The notes beneath the pieces are model-generated. The model was not told where the DNA came from and did not search any database. It saw nothing but the letters and a program-made list of their open reading frames with translations. A stretch of 64,000 nucleotides of DNA. Origin: Octopus bimaculoides (lineage: Eukaryota). Where the stretch lies: assembly GCF_001194135.2 (NCBI RefSeq), contig NC_068984.1:12234412-12298411 (forward strand), in the 5' to 3' direction. The translations under genes and the position numbers were made by a program. Shown here one piece after another: positions 10,320 to 23,222 of the stretch. Position 1 is the first letter of the stretch; every line of letters starts with the position of its first letter.

Positions 10320-12459
10320 AGCGGGTCGTCCTATTGGACCCCAGAGGTAGATGAGACGTGGCCAGCAAAGGAGAGGTAAGAGGGCTCCCGATTAGCTTGC
10401 CAAGTAAAGTTGTAGAGATTTGGGACACTCTTAGTGCATGGAGGATGACATTCCGGCTGATGGAACTGAATGCATTCTTGAGACCTGGATACTGATATTC
10501 AACCAAGTCGGCCATGGCAGGATCTGAACTCAGAATACATTATTTACAGTTCTGCCAATCCACTGCCCTAGACTGGTACTTTTATCATCGACCCCGAAAA
10601 TTGGTCACAAAGGATTTTAACACAGAGCACAGAGAATGGTAACAAATATCTTGAGGTTGCTCTCTCTCTCTCTCCGACACTCTAACGACTATACTAATTT
10701 ATTACTTAATTGCTGGGTTAATCTCAGTTGATTGACGTGTTTCAACTCACTATAATTACATAGGATAGCCCCTATTGTACTTTTCAAGTAAGATTGCCGG
10801 TGATTTTAATGCTTTATTATTTTTTTAAAGGGTAAAGTGCGAGGGAATACAATTTACAAAAAGAAATGCGTAACAGAATTTTTTAAATAAAAACCGAGGG
10901 TAATCTTTTGTTTGAAGTATCGAGAAAGTTAGAAATCGAATTTGTTGACAAAGACTTGATAATAAAATGAGGCTGAAAGAAATTTTCAAACTGAAAGCCT
11001 ATTTCGAAAATCTTTATGTATTGAAGAAATGGCTGGACCTTTCGGATCGCATACTTCGTGAGAATTGTACAAAAGGACGTGATTAACACTGTTGATCTAA
11101 CTGAAAGGAATTACCATATTTTAACGTGTATAAGAAACCCTTTTTTATAAAAAATTTAGGTTAAAAAAATATACATGGATAGTATTATAATCCTTTACAA
11201 AACCCTTTTTCCAAATTTTAAGCCTCCTAAATTAGGGGGTTCCTTATACACTTTAAAATACGGTATTTCTTGAGTGTTATTTGCAATGTAATGTTCGATA
11301 ATGAAAGTAACAAGTTTCTATCATCTCTGAGATTAATAAATTAGTGTGGTTCTGTGAGCCGATGTGTTTGGTGAATCACCAGACATTCTCAACTGGAAAA
11401 GTTTGGAGGTGTTATATATATCATACGACTGCGACCATACTAAGGCACAGCCTCGAAGGGTCTAGTTGAAGAAATCTACCCCGATACTTATGTTTTTTTA
11501 AAGTCCGGTTTACGGGAACGTAAACAAACCAATATCGGTGTGTGTGTAGGGCAAGCACAAAGATACACACGCACTCAGTTATATATGACGGTCCGCATCT
11601 ACCATATTCACTCACAAGGCATTGGTCAGCCTGGGACTATAGTGGAAGGCACTTACCCCAGATGCCGCGTATTGAACACGAAACCATGTGGTTGAAAAGC
11701 GAGCTTTTTAACCACACAACCATGCAGGTACACTCGAAGAAACATAAGACAAGATAATTTTTCACTCTGGTCTCATATTCCATTGTCACTCCATGTTAAG
11801 CTTATTTTTCGGGTTGTGATCACAAAATGAAAGCAGGAATATTTACATTATTTGGCAGATGTAGAGAATAAATACTCACCTTTTTTCATATTTCTTCAGA
11901 TTCGTTTGTTTTAATTCCCTAATCCACCTCCCAAATTTTTTGCTAACTTTTTTTGTTGAAAAAACTGGTGGTGGTGGGGAATCAAATAATGAAAAAGGCA
12001 CGCAGACTCCCTCAGTTATACAATGGACCAGGAAATACTAGGGTTCTCTTCTAAAATTTTTATGGTAACTCCAGACCCTAATATTAGGGTGATTACAACA
12101 AGCAATACGCCCTCAGACGTATCATGACATTACGGTGAGACAGGACATCCGCAATGACGAATACTTCGTCCTCGCGGCCAATCTTTCCCGTGTTTGTATT
12201 TAGTATGTTTTCTTCGGCTGTTGAAGTGCAAACTTCTTACAAACGAAACTGCTACATATTTCTATGGTGGTGGTGAGTCTTAGGAAAGTAAAATCAAAAT
12301 GATTATAACGGAAGTTGCTATGATTCTATTGTTTTTGAAAAATAATAAATTGTATTTTCATTGATTAAGTAGAAATGGAAAGGCAGTACCCATGGTCATT
12401 TTAGATTTTTTAAACTAGGGAATATTAACAGCCTTTTATTTAATAATTTTGTTTTACAG

Positions 12460-12542
12460 GATGGCTATAATAATAAGGAAGTTAAATTTACCGTTGCTAT
12501 ATTTAAATCTGAATCTGTAGGTTATGGAAGAAATATAGAATG
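12460..12542 (+). other. orphan exon-like segment (DGYNNKEVKFTVAIFKSESVGYGRNIE)
   Basis: Acceptor TTTTGTTTTACAG, donor TG|GTATGT, one open frame. No partner exons found. Confidence 0.22.
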
Positions 12543-14254
12543 GTATGTGGGCAATTATGAAAAAGAGCCACTTGTAAGACTTTTATGACATATACAGTGC
12601 TTTGATGAACTACAAATTATTGGGAAAGATTAAAAGAGAAGACAGAAAGCAGCAATAAATGTGAAGAGACAGCAAGGCGGACATGGCGAACCGTCACCAC
12701 AGCCCCTTCTGTGTAACTTCAGTTTTGATTTTACAAGTGTTTTGTCTTGCTGCCTAAATGCTGGTCGTTTCGCTCCTTACACCGAGCTAAGCCTGATCAT
12801 TAAGCAGGCCCTGGTAAATATCTCCTCAGTTCTGGAGTTAGTGGGATAATCAGGAAGTAATAGGAAGAGACAAGATGGTCTTGCCCTTTCTCTCTAGGTA
12901 AGAGGTAGGTGCTTCATCTGGGACGTCAGTCTGTAACTCCCTTGCTCCCGACCACATTCTGGATGTTTCGGTAAATGGGAGGGTCATTGCTTCCGTAGCC
13001 GAACGGAACAAAATTTTTAAAAGTTGGAACTTGTCAGCGAACCACTTCTGGCCTGTGCCGTTTGGGACGTTTAGAAGGGCCGGGCCACTAACAGCGAATT
13101 TCTAGTCATCGTTAGAGGATCGCCTTTCCGAGTTGTCGAGTGATACCTGTGAGGGTGGTACTTGTAGAAATTTACCAAAAGTGCGTAAAAAATTATCCAT
13201 TTTTCTAAAAGTTACGTGTAAAGAAAGCCGTCTCGTATGAATTTCCCGAAACTCCTCACCCCCACGCTCGGGAACATTTTTTTCACAATAAATTACGATA
13301 AATTGAGAATCTACATCATCTGAAGCATATTTGAAGAAAATTTCAAGTAAAAAGGAGCACAATAAAGACTAGAATACTCCTATAAGATATCGTAGATGTG
13401 AATGGAACGATAATAGAAGATATCTTTAAATCAAGGTGTTGTTTATTCAAGAGTTATTTGTAGTTGTTGCTAATAAGGTGAGTTCCGTTTCTAACAGCAT
13501 GTATCACCATAGAGGTTCAAATTGAGATTGTGATCTTGATTATAAAATGAATTGTGAATATATACACAATTAGAAAATTGTAAGCTACTCGAGACTAAAT
13601 AATTTATCGCAAAAGGGAAAAAGTTGTTAATTAGCACCTAGGGAACAGTGATCGGGCAAACCTGTAATCAAAGATGTTCCAGCCATTAACTTCTCGTCCT
13701 TTTAGGGGTGTTTTACAACTGAGATCATCTAATGTACCTAACTTTCCAAACTGAAGACGGTAGGGATACAATTTGAGGGAGATTTAAAAGCTATTTCTAG
13801 AAAGGGGTGACCACGTAGTGGCTCCCTAGGCGACTCGTGTCACCGGCGCACATAAACAAACCACAAACATTGTTGCATTAAATGTATAAATACTTCAAAT
13901 AACGCTCACATGACAACAAATAATATACAAAAGTAACTCAACTCACCATATGAGAGATCCCATTTTAAAAGACATGAATAGTAAGAGAAAACTTCCAACA
14001 TTAATAAAGCGAAAGAGATTTTTCGATGGCATTAAGTAGGTTGTATTTAAAAATAGGATCGTGTAATGCAGGCGGCCTACGGATTGCAGAGGTTAAAAGT
14101 TTAACTTAGATGACAAAGATGATTATAAATATACTAGCTGGCTCCGTGCCGTCAAATATGACGGCTAATTGTAGTATTTTATATATGAATAAGGTACATA
14201 ATAATCACAGATACAAACATTCACATACTTCCCTTGTACACACACACACACACA

Positions 14255-14480
14255 CATATACTCGCACGGAGTTGAAATACTGTTTGATTTTTCTTTTCAG
14301 CGTTGAATGTTCACCATCTCACTTTCATTGCACACACACACACGCACACACACACACAAACATTCACATGACTCCTTTTTACATACACACACATATACTC
14401 ACGCAGAGTTGAAATGTTGTTTGATTTTTTTTATCACAGTAGAACTTCCATCATCACACTACCAAGTTTGCCATCACCCC
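14255..14480. repeat. diverged ~135-bp tandem duplication seeded on (CA)n
   Basis: CATATACTC...GAGTTGAAAT...TGTTTGATTTTT occurs twice. Confidence 0.7.
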
Positions 14481-16239
14481 TTCCTTTCTCATTCATAGGT
14501 TGTGACGGAGATAGACACAAGAGTATTATCATAGTAGAAGATATATATATATGAACAATATAATTTAACTCATATTTGAATATATATACATATATATATG
14601 TAGTGGGAGAGGTGTAGCAAAAGATGTCATTGAGGTTGCAGATGAAATAGGCATCTGGACGACATCAAAACAAAACAATGGGAAAGCATCGGATTGTGGT
14701 TTAAATAATTTATTTAATAGACACTTGCATTTACTTGTTTTATACACCAAAAATTTCACTACATGACATAACCATCTTGCTTCCAGTTGGCGAAGAAGAA
14801 AATAAACGGGAAATACTGTGTCGATGAAATGAGGTAGAACCGGGCATGTTTTGTATCTGTGTGTGCATTGGTCATTCGGTGGTGTCTGTTTTTGTTCTGC
14901 AAGTGCTACTGTGTTGGGTCGTTCATGCTGAATATGTGGTTCTATGTTGGCTGCTTTGACTGGCGCAAGTTACTGGTTGGCTGTCTGCTTGTCTCTTGAC
15001 AGTTCACCTGGTGATGGCTGTCTGCAGTCTCTTGACGGATTCCCGCTTGATGGCTATCTCACTGTATTTATAATGGTCATGACAGCTAGAAGGACGGACA
15101 TACCACAGGAGTAATTTCTACTTATGTAGGTCGCCTCCTGTCCACTTGAACCTTAAATGACACAGCTCAGGTCATAGGTCAAAGGGAAATCCATCCATCA
15201 CTTTTTGACAGGACAAAGAAATTTCTTTTGTGCCTGTTTGGCCAGAGGTGGATCAGACGAGTGAAGATCCTTAAATTCCTTTGAGCCCTTTAGTATTCAG
15301 ATTATTCTCTTGAATGTAATGTTTGTTTATTTGTATTGTTTCCAAATCAACTATGCATTGTCTTGTAGTTTAGAGATTTTGGTGATGTGATTGTTTAGTT
15401 TTAGAATGGCATTGCATAGCTGTGATTAAAGGCCGGATCTGGCCAGTTTCAACATAAAACAGGTTGAATATTTTGACCGGATATGACTGGTTTGAATGCT
15501 AAAAGGTTAAACTTTGTAGTAGAGTTTATAACTTTGAATTTGATGAACTTTGTTGCTGCTCTGAGTTTCTTGTCCTGTTTATTTGTTTAGTCATCACAGT
15601 CAATATTCTTTTCCACTCGAGGCCCAAGGCCCAAAATTTGGGGGCTGTCGATTAGGTCAACTCCAGTATACAACTGGTACTTGATTTATTGACCCTGAAA
15701 GGATGAAAAGCAAAGTCGACCTCGGTGGAATTTGAACTCAGGACGTAAAGACACGAAATACCACTGAGCATTTCACCCATTGTGCTGACGATTCTGCCTG
15801 CTTGCAGCTGTCATCACAGTCAATATTAGCAACATATTTTAGGTGTATAAACAAAAAACATGTATCTCTTAGCTTTTACTTGTTTCAGTCATTAGACTGT
15901 GGCCATGCTGGGGCACCACCCTGAAGAGGTTTTAGTCAGATGAATCGACCCCAGTACTTACTTTTTTAAAGCTTGGTACTTATTCTATCGGTCTCTTTTT
16001 GTTAAAGGGGTGTAAAAGCACCAACACCAGTTGTCAAGCAGTAGTGGGGGACAGACACACACATGACGGGATTCTTTCAATTTCTGTCTACCAAATCCAC
16101 TCACAAGGCTTTAGTTGGCCTGAGGCTATAGTAGAAGACACTTGCCCAAGGTTCCACACAGTGGGAATGCTAAAGGGTGAACATAAAGTTGTTCACCAAC
16201 AAACTTCAACCTCCGATCCACAGTTGGATTGTCTCTTCA

Positions 16240-16480
16240 TTCCTCCTCTGTTACTGCTATTACAATGGTCTCCATTTCATGGCCCTAGTTGATCTCTAGC
16301 TCATCCAACTAACTTGTCACTCCTTTTGCTACCCATTTGTATGCGATCTCCACTTAACCACTTTTCAAGTCCTTCCACCACAGAGTACCATCCGTCTGGA
16401 AATCTGGAAATCTTTGCCTGCCTCTACAGTCATCAACTTACATTTGTTTAAGAAGTACATCAACCACATCAATCTTGCAA
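16240..16480 (+). mobile_element. degenerate CR1/Jockey-group LINE 3' fragment
   Basis: YYNGL...WKSLPAS...NLHLFKKYINHINL. Confidence 0.5.
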
Positions 16481-18408
16481 AGCCCAGGGATGCAGCCCCT
16501 TCCTTCAAACCCAAAAAATATTTAACCATAAAAACAATTAGATACAAAAAATTAAAATAAAATTTTTTAAATCCCATATTCAGGTGAACAATTTCACTAT
16601 TAAAATATAAACAAAGAAATAAAAATTACAAAAATTGCTTTTTACATCTCATATTCAGGTTTTTCTAGTTCACTACCATGTTACTTTGACTGTTCTGTTT
16701 TGTAATCAGAAAATCCAAATTTGGTCTGGGTGAAGTAGTCCTGTTTGAGTCAGCTGAGAATAGTTTCCTCTTTGATATTAATGAATCATGAATACACAAC
16801 CTGTCTTAAGCATTGTATTTTAGAATTTAACCCTTTAGTTACTGTATTTATTTTAAGATGCTCAGTGTTTCTTTCAATTAATTTTAAATAGAACAAAGAA
16901 TTTAGTAAAATAACTTAGTTATCATTCAGCGAGTGTTAGAACATAAATTGTGACTAAAGTTTGGACATTTGTACTACAGAGCCGGTTTCAGCCAGGTTGG
17001 TAATAAAATATTCAGCAATTTCACAGAATAATTTATATGCCAATAAGGGAGACACCATGGTCTCTCAAATTGCTAGAAAACAACAGTTAAATTTCCCTCA
17101 AATCATATCCTGCCATTTTAAGAAAGGAATGCATATGTGGGTCATTGCCAGTACCACCTGACTGGTTTCCTGTGCCAGTGGCATGTAAAAAGTACCATCT
17201 GAACATGGTCGATGCCAGCCTCCCCGCCCTGACTGGCTCTTGTGCCAGTAGCATGTAAGAAGCATCATTCGAGCATGGTTGTTGCCAGTGCTGCTTGACT
17301 GGCTCCCATGCTGGTGGCATGTAAAAAGCACCCACTACACTCTTGGAGTGGTTGGTGTTAGGAAAGGCATCCAGCTGTAGAAACTTTGCCAGATCAGATT
17401 GGAGCCTGGTGCGGTCTCCTGGCTTGCCAGTCCCAAGTCAAACCATCCGACCCATGTCAGCATGGAAATCGAACGTTAAACAAACATATTGGACAGAGAA
17501 ATATCTTTAAATCATGGAGATGATTGACCAGGGGCTGATCTAGAGCTAAACTATAAGTGAGTAGCCATCCAGTTGAAATGAACAAAAAGATTCTGTTGTA
17601 AGAATGATTTTTCAGACATTACTTCCCAACCACGAGGTTCAAGGTTCAATCCCCCACTGTGTGAACATTGTAGGTTAACATTCTATACTGTAGCTGCAAG
17701 ACAATCAGTACCTTGTGAATGAAATTGGTAGACAGAAACTGAAGAAACCTGTTGTGTGTGTGTGTATATATATACACATATTTGTGTGTGTGTGTGTGTG
17801 TGTGTGTATCATCATCATCATCATCATCATCNNNNNNNNNNTATACACACACACACGTGTGTGTATATATATATACATACATACATATATATAAAAAACA
17901 GACATTAAATGATGATGATATCTATCTATCTATAAATGTGTGTGGATATATATCACAAATTTAACAGAAACACAACAAACGGAAATATTACAAAAACATA
18001 ACAAACAGAAAATTTGTAGCTTATTTCTCATCAGTCAATGTCCAAAAGATCATTACAATTTCATGCCTTTAACGTTGATATTATTCACTTTCGGTGGCGC
18101 CAGTGGTGAAAAGCCACTGGGAAATAGCTAACGAATGTACAGGACAATGATGAAAAGAAACATGACAAAATAAAACATACATATACAACTAAAAAGCCAT
18201 GCAGCTACAAGGCAGACTAACCTGGGGTAACGCAAAGGAAAATGAAAATGTCATGTAGGACTGGAGACTAGAGAAGGACAGACAGAAAGTCAGCATGAAG
18301 GAAGAAGTATTGGCAGGGGGAGAGTGGGAGGAAGGCAAAAGAGAGAGACAAATAGATGTTGCACAAAAAAAATATTCAAAGAATATTTATATATATATAT
18401 ATAAACAT

Positions 18409-19040
18409 TGGGCTTCACCGAGGCAATGACTTCTGACCGAGACCTTTAGAAATATGCAGTGCATGAGAAGACCCGGCAAGCCAAGTGAGACCATAATCCG
18501 TGGCCTCTGCCAGGGGTGTAGGCAGCTCACTTATTCGTACCTTTACTTTATTGGACACTAAACTCTGCTTGTGAAGACCTGTTGCGGCAAGTGAAATCGA
18601 AATCATAATTGAACCAAATTCGATGACTGGCACCTGTGCCAGTGGAGTGCTAACAACACTGTCCCAGTGTGATCATTGCCAGAGCAGCTGTCTGGCTTCC
18701 GTGCCAGTGGCATGTAAATAGCACCATTTGAGCGTGATCGTTACCAGCGTTGCCTTACTGGCACGTGAAAAGACATTCGAGTGAGGTCGTTGTCAGTCTG
18801 CTGGACTGGCTCCTGTGCAGGTGGCACGTAAAAAACACCATTTTGAGCGTGGCCGTTGCCAGTACCGCCTGACTGGCCGCTGGTGGCATGTAAAAGCACC
18901 CACTGCACTCTCGGAGTGGTTGGCGTTAGGAAGCGCATCCAGCTGTAGAAACTCTGCCAGATCAGATTGGAGCCTGGTGTAGCCATCTGGTTCGCCAGTC
19001 CTCAGTCAAATCGTCCAAAGCATGCTAGCATGGAAAACAG
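18409..19040 (+). mobile_element. RTE-type LINE 3' end with ~60-bp tandem units and (GAT)n tail
   Basis: Starts with ORF-end-like LGFTEAMTSDRD... and carries GGCGTTAGGAAG(G)GCATCCAGCTGTAGAAAC. Other copies at ~17130..17480, 22335..22490, 23710..24400, 25290..25565, 27750..27926, 53130..53430 (+) and 1..57, 28285..28420, 55000..55145, 56545..56900 (-). Confidence 0.8.
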
Positions 19041-19059
19041 ATGTTAAATGATGATGATG

Positions 19060-19090
<31 letters not shown>

Positions 19091-19359
19091 AATGTGCAAA
19101 GGCAGGAAGCAGGTGGGTCTTTGGATGAATATATGATTGGTACTTATTCCATTTACCTCTCTTCTCACCTCATCAGAAAGATGAAAGACAGTGTTGAACC
19201 TTGAGATTTGAAACTAAAATATTCTTTATAAATCTAACTAAATATTTCAAGGTTCTAATACTGTGTAATGCATTATTATTTCTATCATTCCATCACCTTT
19301 TGCTCTCAAATAATAAAGTAAACAGTTTAATACGTTTAAAGACATGATAATGCCAGTTC

Positions 19360-19365
19360 TTTATT
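19360..19365 (-). terminator. candidate polyadenylation signal of the hexosaminidase gene
   Basis: AATAAA on the minus strand about 125 nt after the stop codon. Motif only, in AT-rich DNA. Confidence 0.35.
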
Positions 19366-19488
19366 TTTATAAAGATATCCAAATACAAGAATATTTCAAG
19401 AATGCATTGGCAGAAATTGAGCTATAAAAAAATACAGTCATTGCAGTGAGTGGCAGGAGAAAGCTGAGAAAAAAAGTTTAAAGACTGA

Positions 19489-19549
19489 TTAACTTATATT
19501 TGGACTTAGCAATTCAATCTGTCTGCTTGACCGATGTCTGTCAGTAGCG
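19489..19549 (-). CDS. GH20 hexosaminidase, terminal coding exon 7
   Basis: Acceptor TTCTTTTTCAG. Reads (S)ATDRHRSSRQIELLSPNIS-stop (TAA 19489-19491). The phase fits exon 6, and R-x-SR resembles the chitobiase C-terminus. Confidence 0.78.
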
Positions 19550-19859
19550 CTGAAAAAGAATTTAGAATATTTAAATCAACAACAAAAGATGTTATATGAG
19601 TCATCATAAAAAACTTCTCCTAATTTTCCCTCTGTTCCTTTCCTCATCTTGGTGTTAGTTTTCTGCAGTTTGTATGAGTTTGGTAAATCAGTGTAGAAAT
19701 TGCTTTCAAATTAAATTTTAACTGTTACCAAACTTCCCAGTCAATTTCATGCTCTTCTAAGACAGCTGTGGGTCCTTTCTTAGAGTGTACCACAGAACAG
19801 AAGGTGAGTTTCTGTTGAGTTTCCAAGGCAGTTTTGATTTGTTATTTACAAGATTATCC

Positions 19860-20100
19860 ACCATCTTTCCAACAACAACCTTGGGTACCTTTTTGAATTC
19901 TATATGTCTAACACCCATGGACATGCTTACAAAATCAAAACCAACACAGCATCTACGACTTTTGAAAACATTTTTTCACACTCGGAATTGCTGAAGCATG
20001 GAATAAACTACGTGCATCAGTTGTTAGCTGTCAGGATACCACAGCCTTCAAAACCTCTATGCTTCCTGAAATTTGCCAACCGTACACCTGATGTCACCAC
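19860..20100 (+). mobile_element. CR1-group LINE 3' fragment in hexosaminidase intron 6 (antisense)
   Basis: GHAYKIK...KHFFTLGIAEAWNKL...SVVS...AFK across a frameshift. Confidence 0.7.
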
Positions 20101-21030
20101 CCACTTTTTTATTAATCAATTCAATCACTGTTTACTTTCTGAGCATTATTCTCTGCCCTGTTCANNNNNNNNNNNNNNNNNNNNNNNNNNNNNNNNNNNN
20201 NNNNNNNNNNNNNNNNNNNNNNNNNNNNNNNNNNNNNNNNNNNNNNNNNNNNNNNNNNNNNNNNNNNNNNNNNNNNNNNNNNNNNNNNNNNNNNNNNNNN
20301 NNNNNNNNNNNNNNNNNNNNNNNNNNNNNNNNNNNNNNNNNNNNNNNNNNNNNNNNNNNNNNNNNNNNNNNNNNNNNNNNNNNNNNNNNNNNNNNNNNNN
20401 NNNNNNAAAAAAAAAAAAAAACTGTCAACCAACATAGCTATCATCATCATCATGACAGTTACTGCTAAAACCCAGTGTATAAATATGCTGAAGAAGACCC
20501 TACAACTTAATAGTCACCAAATCTTCTTCCACAAATACCCTCATGTCCTTAAAATGGTGCTATGTGCTTTAAATCCTAAATTTCAGAGCAATTTTCCAAC
20601 ACTAAAGACACATGGTTACTTAAACTATAGAGAAAGCAAGCTATTTTACTTCTACACAAACTTTACACTGTTAATGAAGCATTTTGCATTACGATAACTT
20701 GGCTTAAATAGTGCTATATTAAACAGAGCAGAATGTTTAGCAGTAGGAGAAGCACTCAACCATGAAACAAAAATACTAATAAACACTTATATGTTGTCAT
20801 GTCGTCATATATAAATATGACAGAATTGAATTTACATGTAACAAGTTTCAAAAGAATACTACTAGTTTTAACACAATAATGTCATTTAAAATGTGCATTA
20901 TGAAACGGAGTCAATGGGAAGATATTTCTAACTGGAGAGTGAATCACAGCACAATGAAACAAAGCCAAAGAAACATTCAGCTTTTATGAACCTATTTGAC
21001 CCAATGTAGAATCAGAATATAAGAATATAA

Positions 21031-21260
21031 GGCGGCGAGCTGGCAGAAACATTAGCACGCCAGGCGAAATGCTTAGCGGTATTTCGTCTGCCGTTACGTT
21101 CTGAGTTCAAATTCCGCCGTGGTCGACTTTGCCTTTCATCCTTCTGGGGTCGATAAATTAAGTACCAGTTGAGCACTGGGTTCGATGTAATCGACTTAAT
21201 CCCTTTGTCTGTCTTTGTTTGTCCCCTCTGTGTTTAGCCCCTTGTGGGCAATAAAGAAAT
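21031..21260 (+). mobile_element. full-length SINE, family B (GGCGGCGAGCTGGCAG head; GGTCGACTTTGCCTTTCATCC central domain)
   Basis: Direct repeat AAGAATATAA on both sides (TSD). Other copies at ~1095..1285, 15640..15800(-), 26145..26265, 28500..28570, 36705..36850, 51958..52151. Confidence 0.82.
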
Positions 21261-21491
21261 AAGAATATAAGATATGTTACTGTGTCACGACAAAGAATAC
21301 CTCATAAAGGGCTCGGTTTGGAGCAGAGGTATCTCCCATTTTTAAAGGATATTACGATATTTCAGTGTTCATCTTATACAGCAGAAATTTTTACCAATAT
21401 AGCGCAACACTAGCTACATCAAATTCCAGTGATTATATCAATTATTTAAGAATGTGTGTAATTTTATGTTTATATACAAGGATATATGCAT

Positions 21492-21547
<56 letters not shown>

Positions 21548-23075
21548 GGGTGTATGAGTATGGTATGGATAGCATACATGGGTGTGCAAGTGTTTTCATG
21601 TATAATGTGAACATGTGAATTAAATTTTAGTAAGGATTTGAAGGATGCTTGGCTCCTAGATATGTCACAGACCCACTTGTGTGCAGACCATACTCAGATG
21701 TCATGTGGACCATTATCCCTGCCTAAGGCTTAAATAGTCCCTGTACCTCAAGGGTAAGTTTGGGGAAGCAGGAAACTAGCGGAGTAAACAGTAAATATAC
21801 CAGCAAAAAGGAACTGGAAACGACTACTGTATCTATGCCAAGAAAATTTATAGAACCTTTAAACTTTGGTCCATGATCACTGATGCCTGTTGGCGAAGCA
21901 CATGAACAAGTCACCAATTCCAAATGGCTGCATATCTTCATAACCCAAAATGTACATGATTATGGCTTTAGAGATGTTAACTATGAAAACATTTAAATTA
22001 TTTCAGAAATATTTTCATATCTATGTTGCAGATGGCACAATCAAAGGAAGAATGGAGGTATGCTGTGACCAGCAATGGATAGGAGCATCTGATAGTCTGG
22101 TTGATTAAGAGATCTTATTGATGGTATCAAATGTGATTAAATCTTGAAAAAGTGGCAATTCCAGAGCAAAAAAATTCCCAGTAGTATACACAATTTTATG
22201 CAATCTTTGAATTTTTTGTAAATATTCTTTTTTTTTGAGTATATTAATCAGACATATTTTTCTGTTTACAATCTAATAATTCAAGCCTCAATTTTTCAAT
22301 CATTTTGTAAAAAGCAACTCTACAGGGTGTCCACTGACTGGCTCCTGTGCCGGCGGCACATAAAAAGCACCATCCGAATGTGGTTGATGTCAGTACTGCC
22401 AGACTGGCTCCCGTGCCAGTGGCATGTAAAAAGCACCTACTACACTCTCAGAGTGGTTAGCATTAGGAAGGGCATCCAGTTGTAGAAACCTCAGGAGTGG
22501 CTGTGTGGTAAGTAGCTTGCTTACCAACCACATGGTTCCGGGTGGAATTTGAACCTAGAATGTAAGGAGCTTAAAGAAATGCCACTAAGCATTTTGTCTG
22601 ACATGCTAATGATTCTGCTAGCTAATAATAATAATGATAATAATAATAATAACGACGATGACGACCACAACAACAACAATAATAAGAGCACTCAGAGAGT
22701 GCAAACCTCTGCCAAGGCAATACTAACGTCCTTTCAATGATTAGCCAGAGATGATTTTTAAAATGAAAATGTCTGAAATAAACTCGTCTGCTCTCACAAA
22801 CGAGAATACTAAAAATGAACCTGACCGCTCTCAAAAATTAAGTAAAAAAAAAAACCTGGAAAAATAATCCAGAATCCTTGTCTGGCACCAGATTGATCCC
22901 AAAATCTAATCAGTTCATGCCAGTCATGAGGCAAAACATCCCTGAAAGTTTCATCCGAATCTATTCAGCGGTTCTTGAGATATCTTGTCCACGGACAAAC
23001 AAATAAACAAACAGGACTGAAAACAATACCTCTGCCTTAATGAAGGTGGAGGTAGTAAAGAACCCAATAGATTAC

Positions 23076-23222
23076 CTGGTTTGCAATAAAACTTTAGTGT
23101 TGCTGGGAATGTGAATTGGCTCATTAGACTGAGTGGTCCAAGTTTCTCCATTATCAATACTGTACTGAATTGGAAGGCCAGGATAAGTACAATTCACCTC
23201 TAATCTTCCATCTTCAAGGAAC
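23076..23222 (-). CDS. GH20 hexosaminidase, coding exon 6: CHB_HEX_C C-terminal domain
   Basis: Not in the ORF track in this frame. Hand translation gives (R)FLEDGRLEVNCTYPGLPIQYSIDNGETWTTQSNEPIHIPSNTKVLLQT. Acceptor TTTGTTCAG, donor AG|GTAATC. 147 nt, phase 2 to 2. Confidence 0.88.

Noticed and set aside
11880-11964. Minus-strand exon-like segment (FSTKKVSKKFGRWIRELKQTNLKKYEK) with a GTGAGT donor
   Set aside because: Cannot be linked uniquely to other exons. Similar chance splice pairs also occur on the plus strand near 8110..8230, so the background rate is high.
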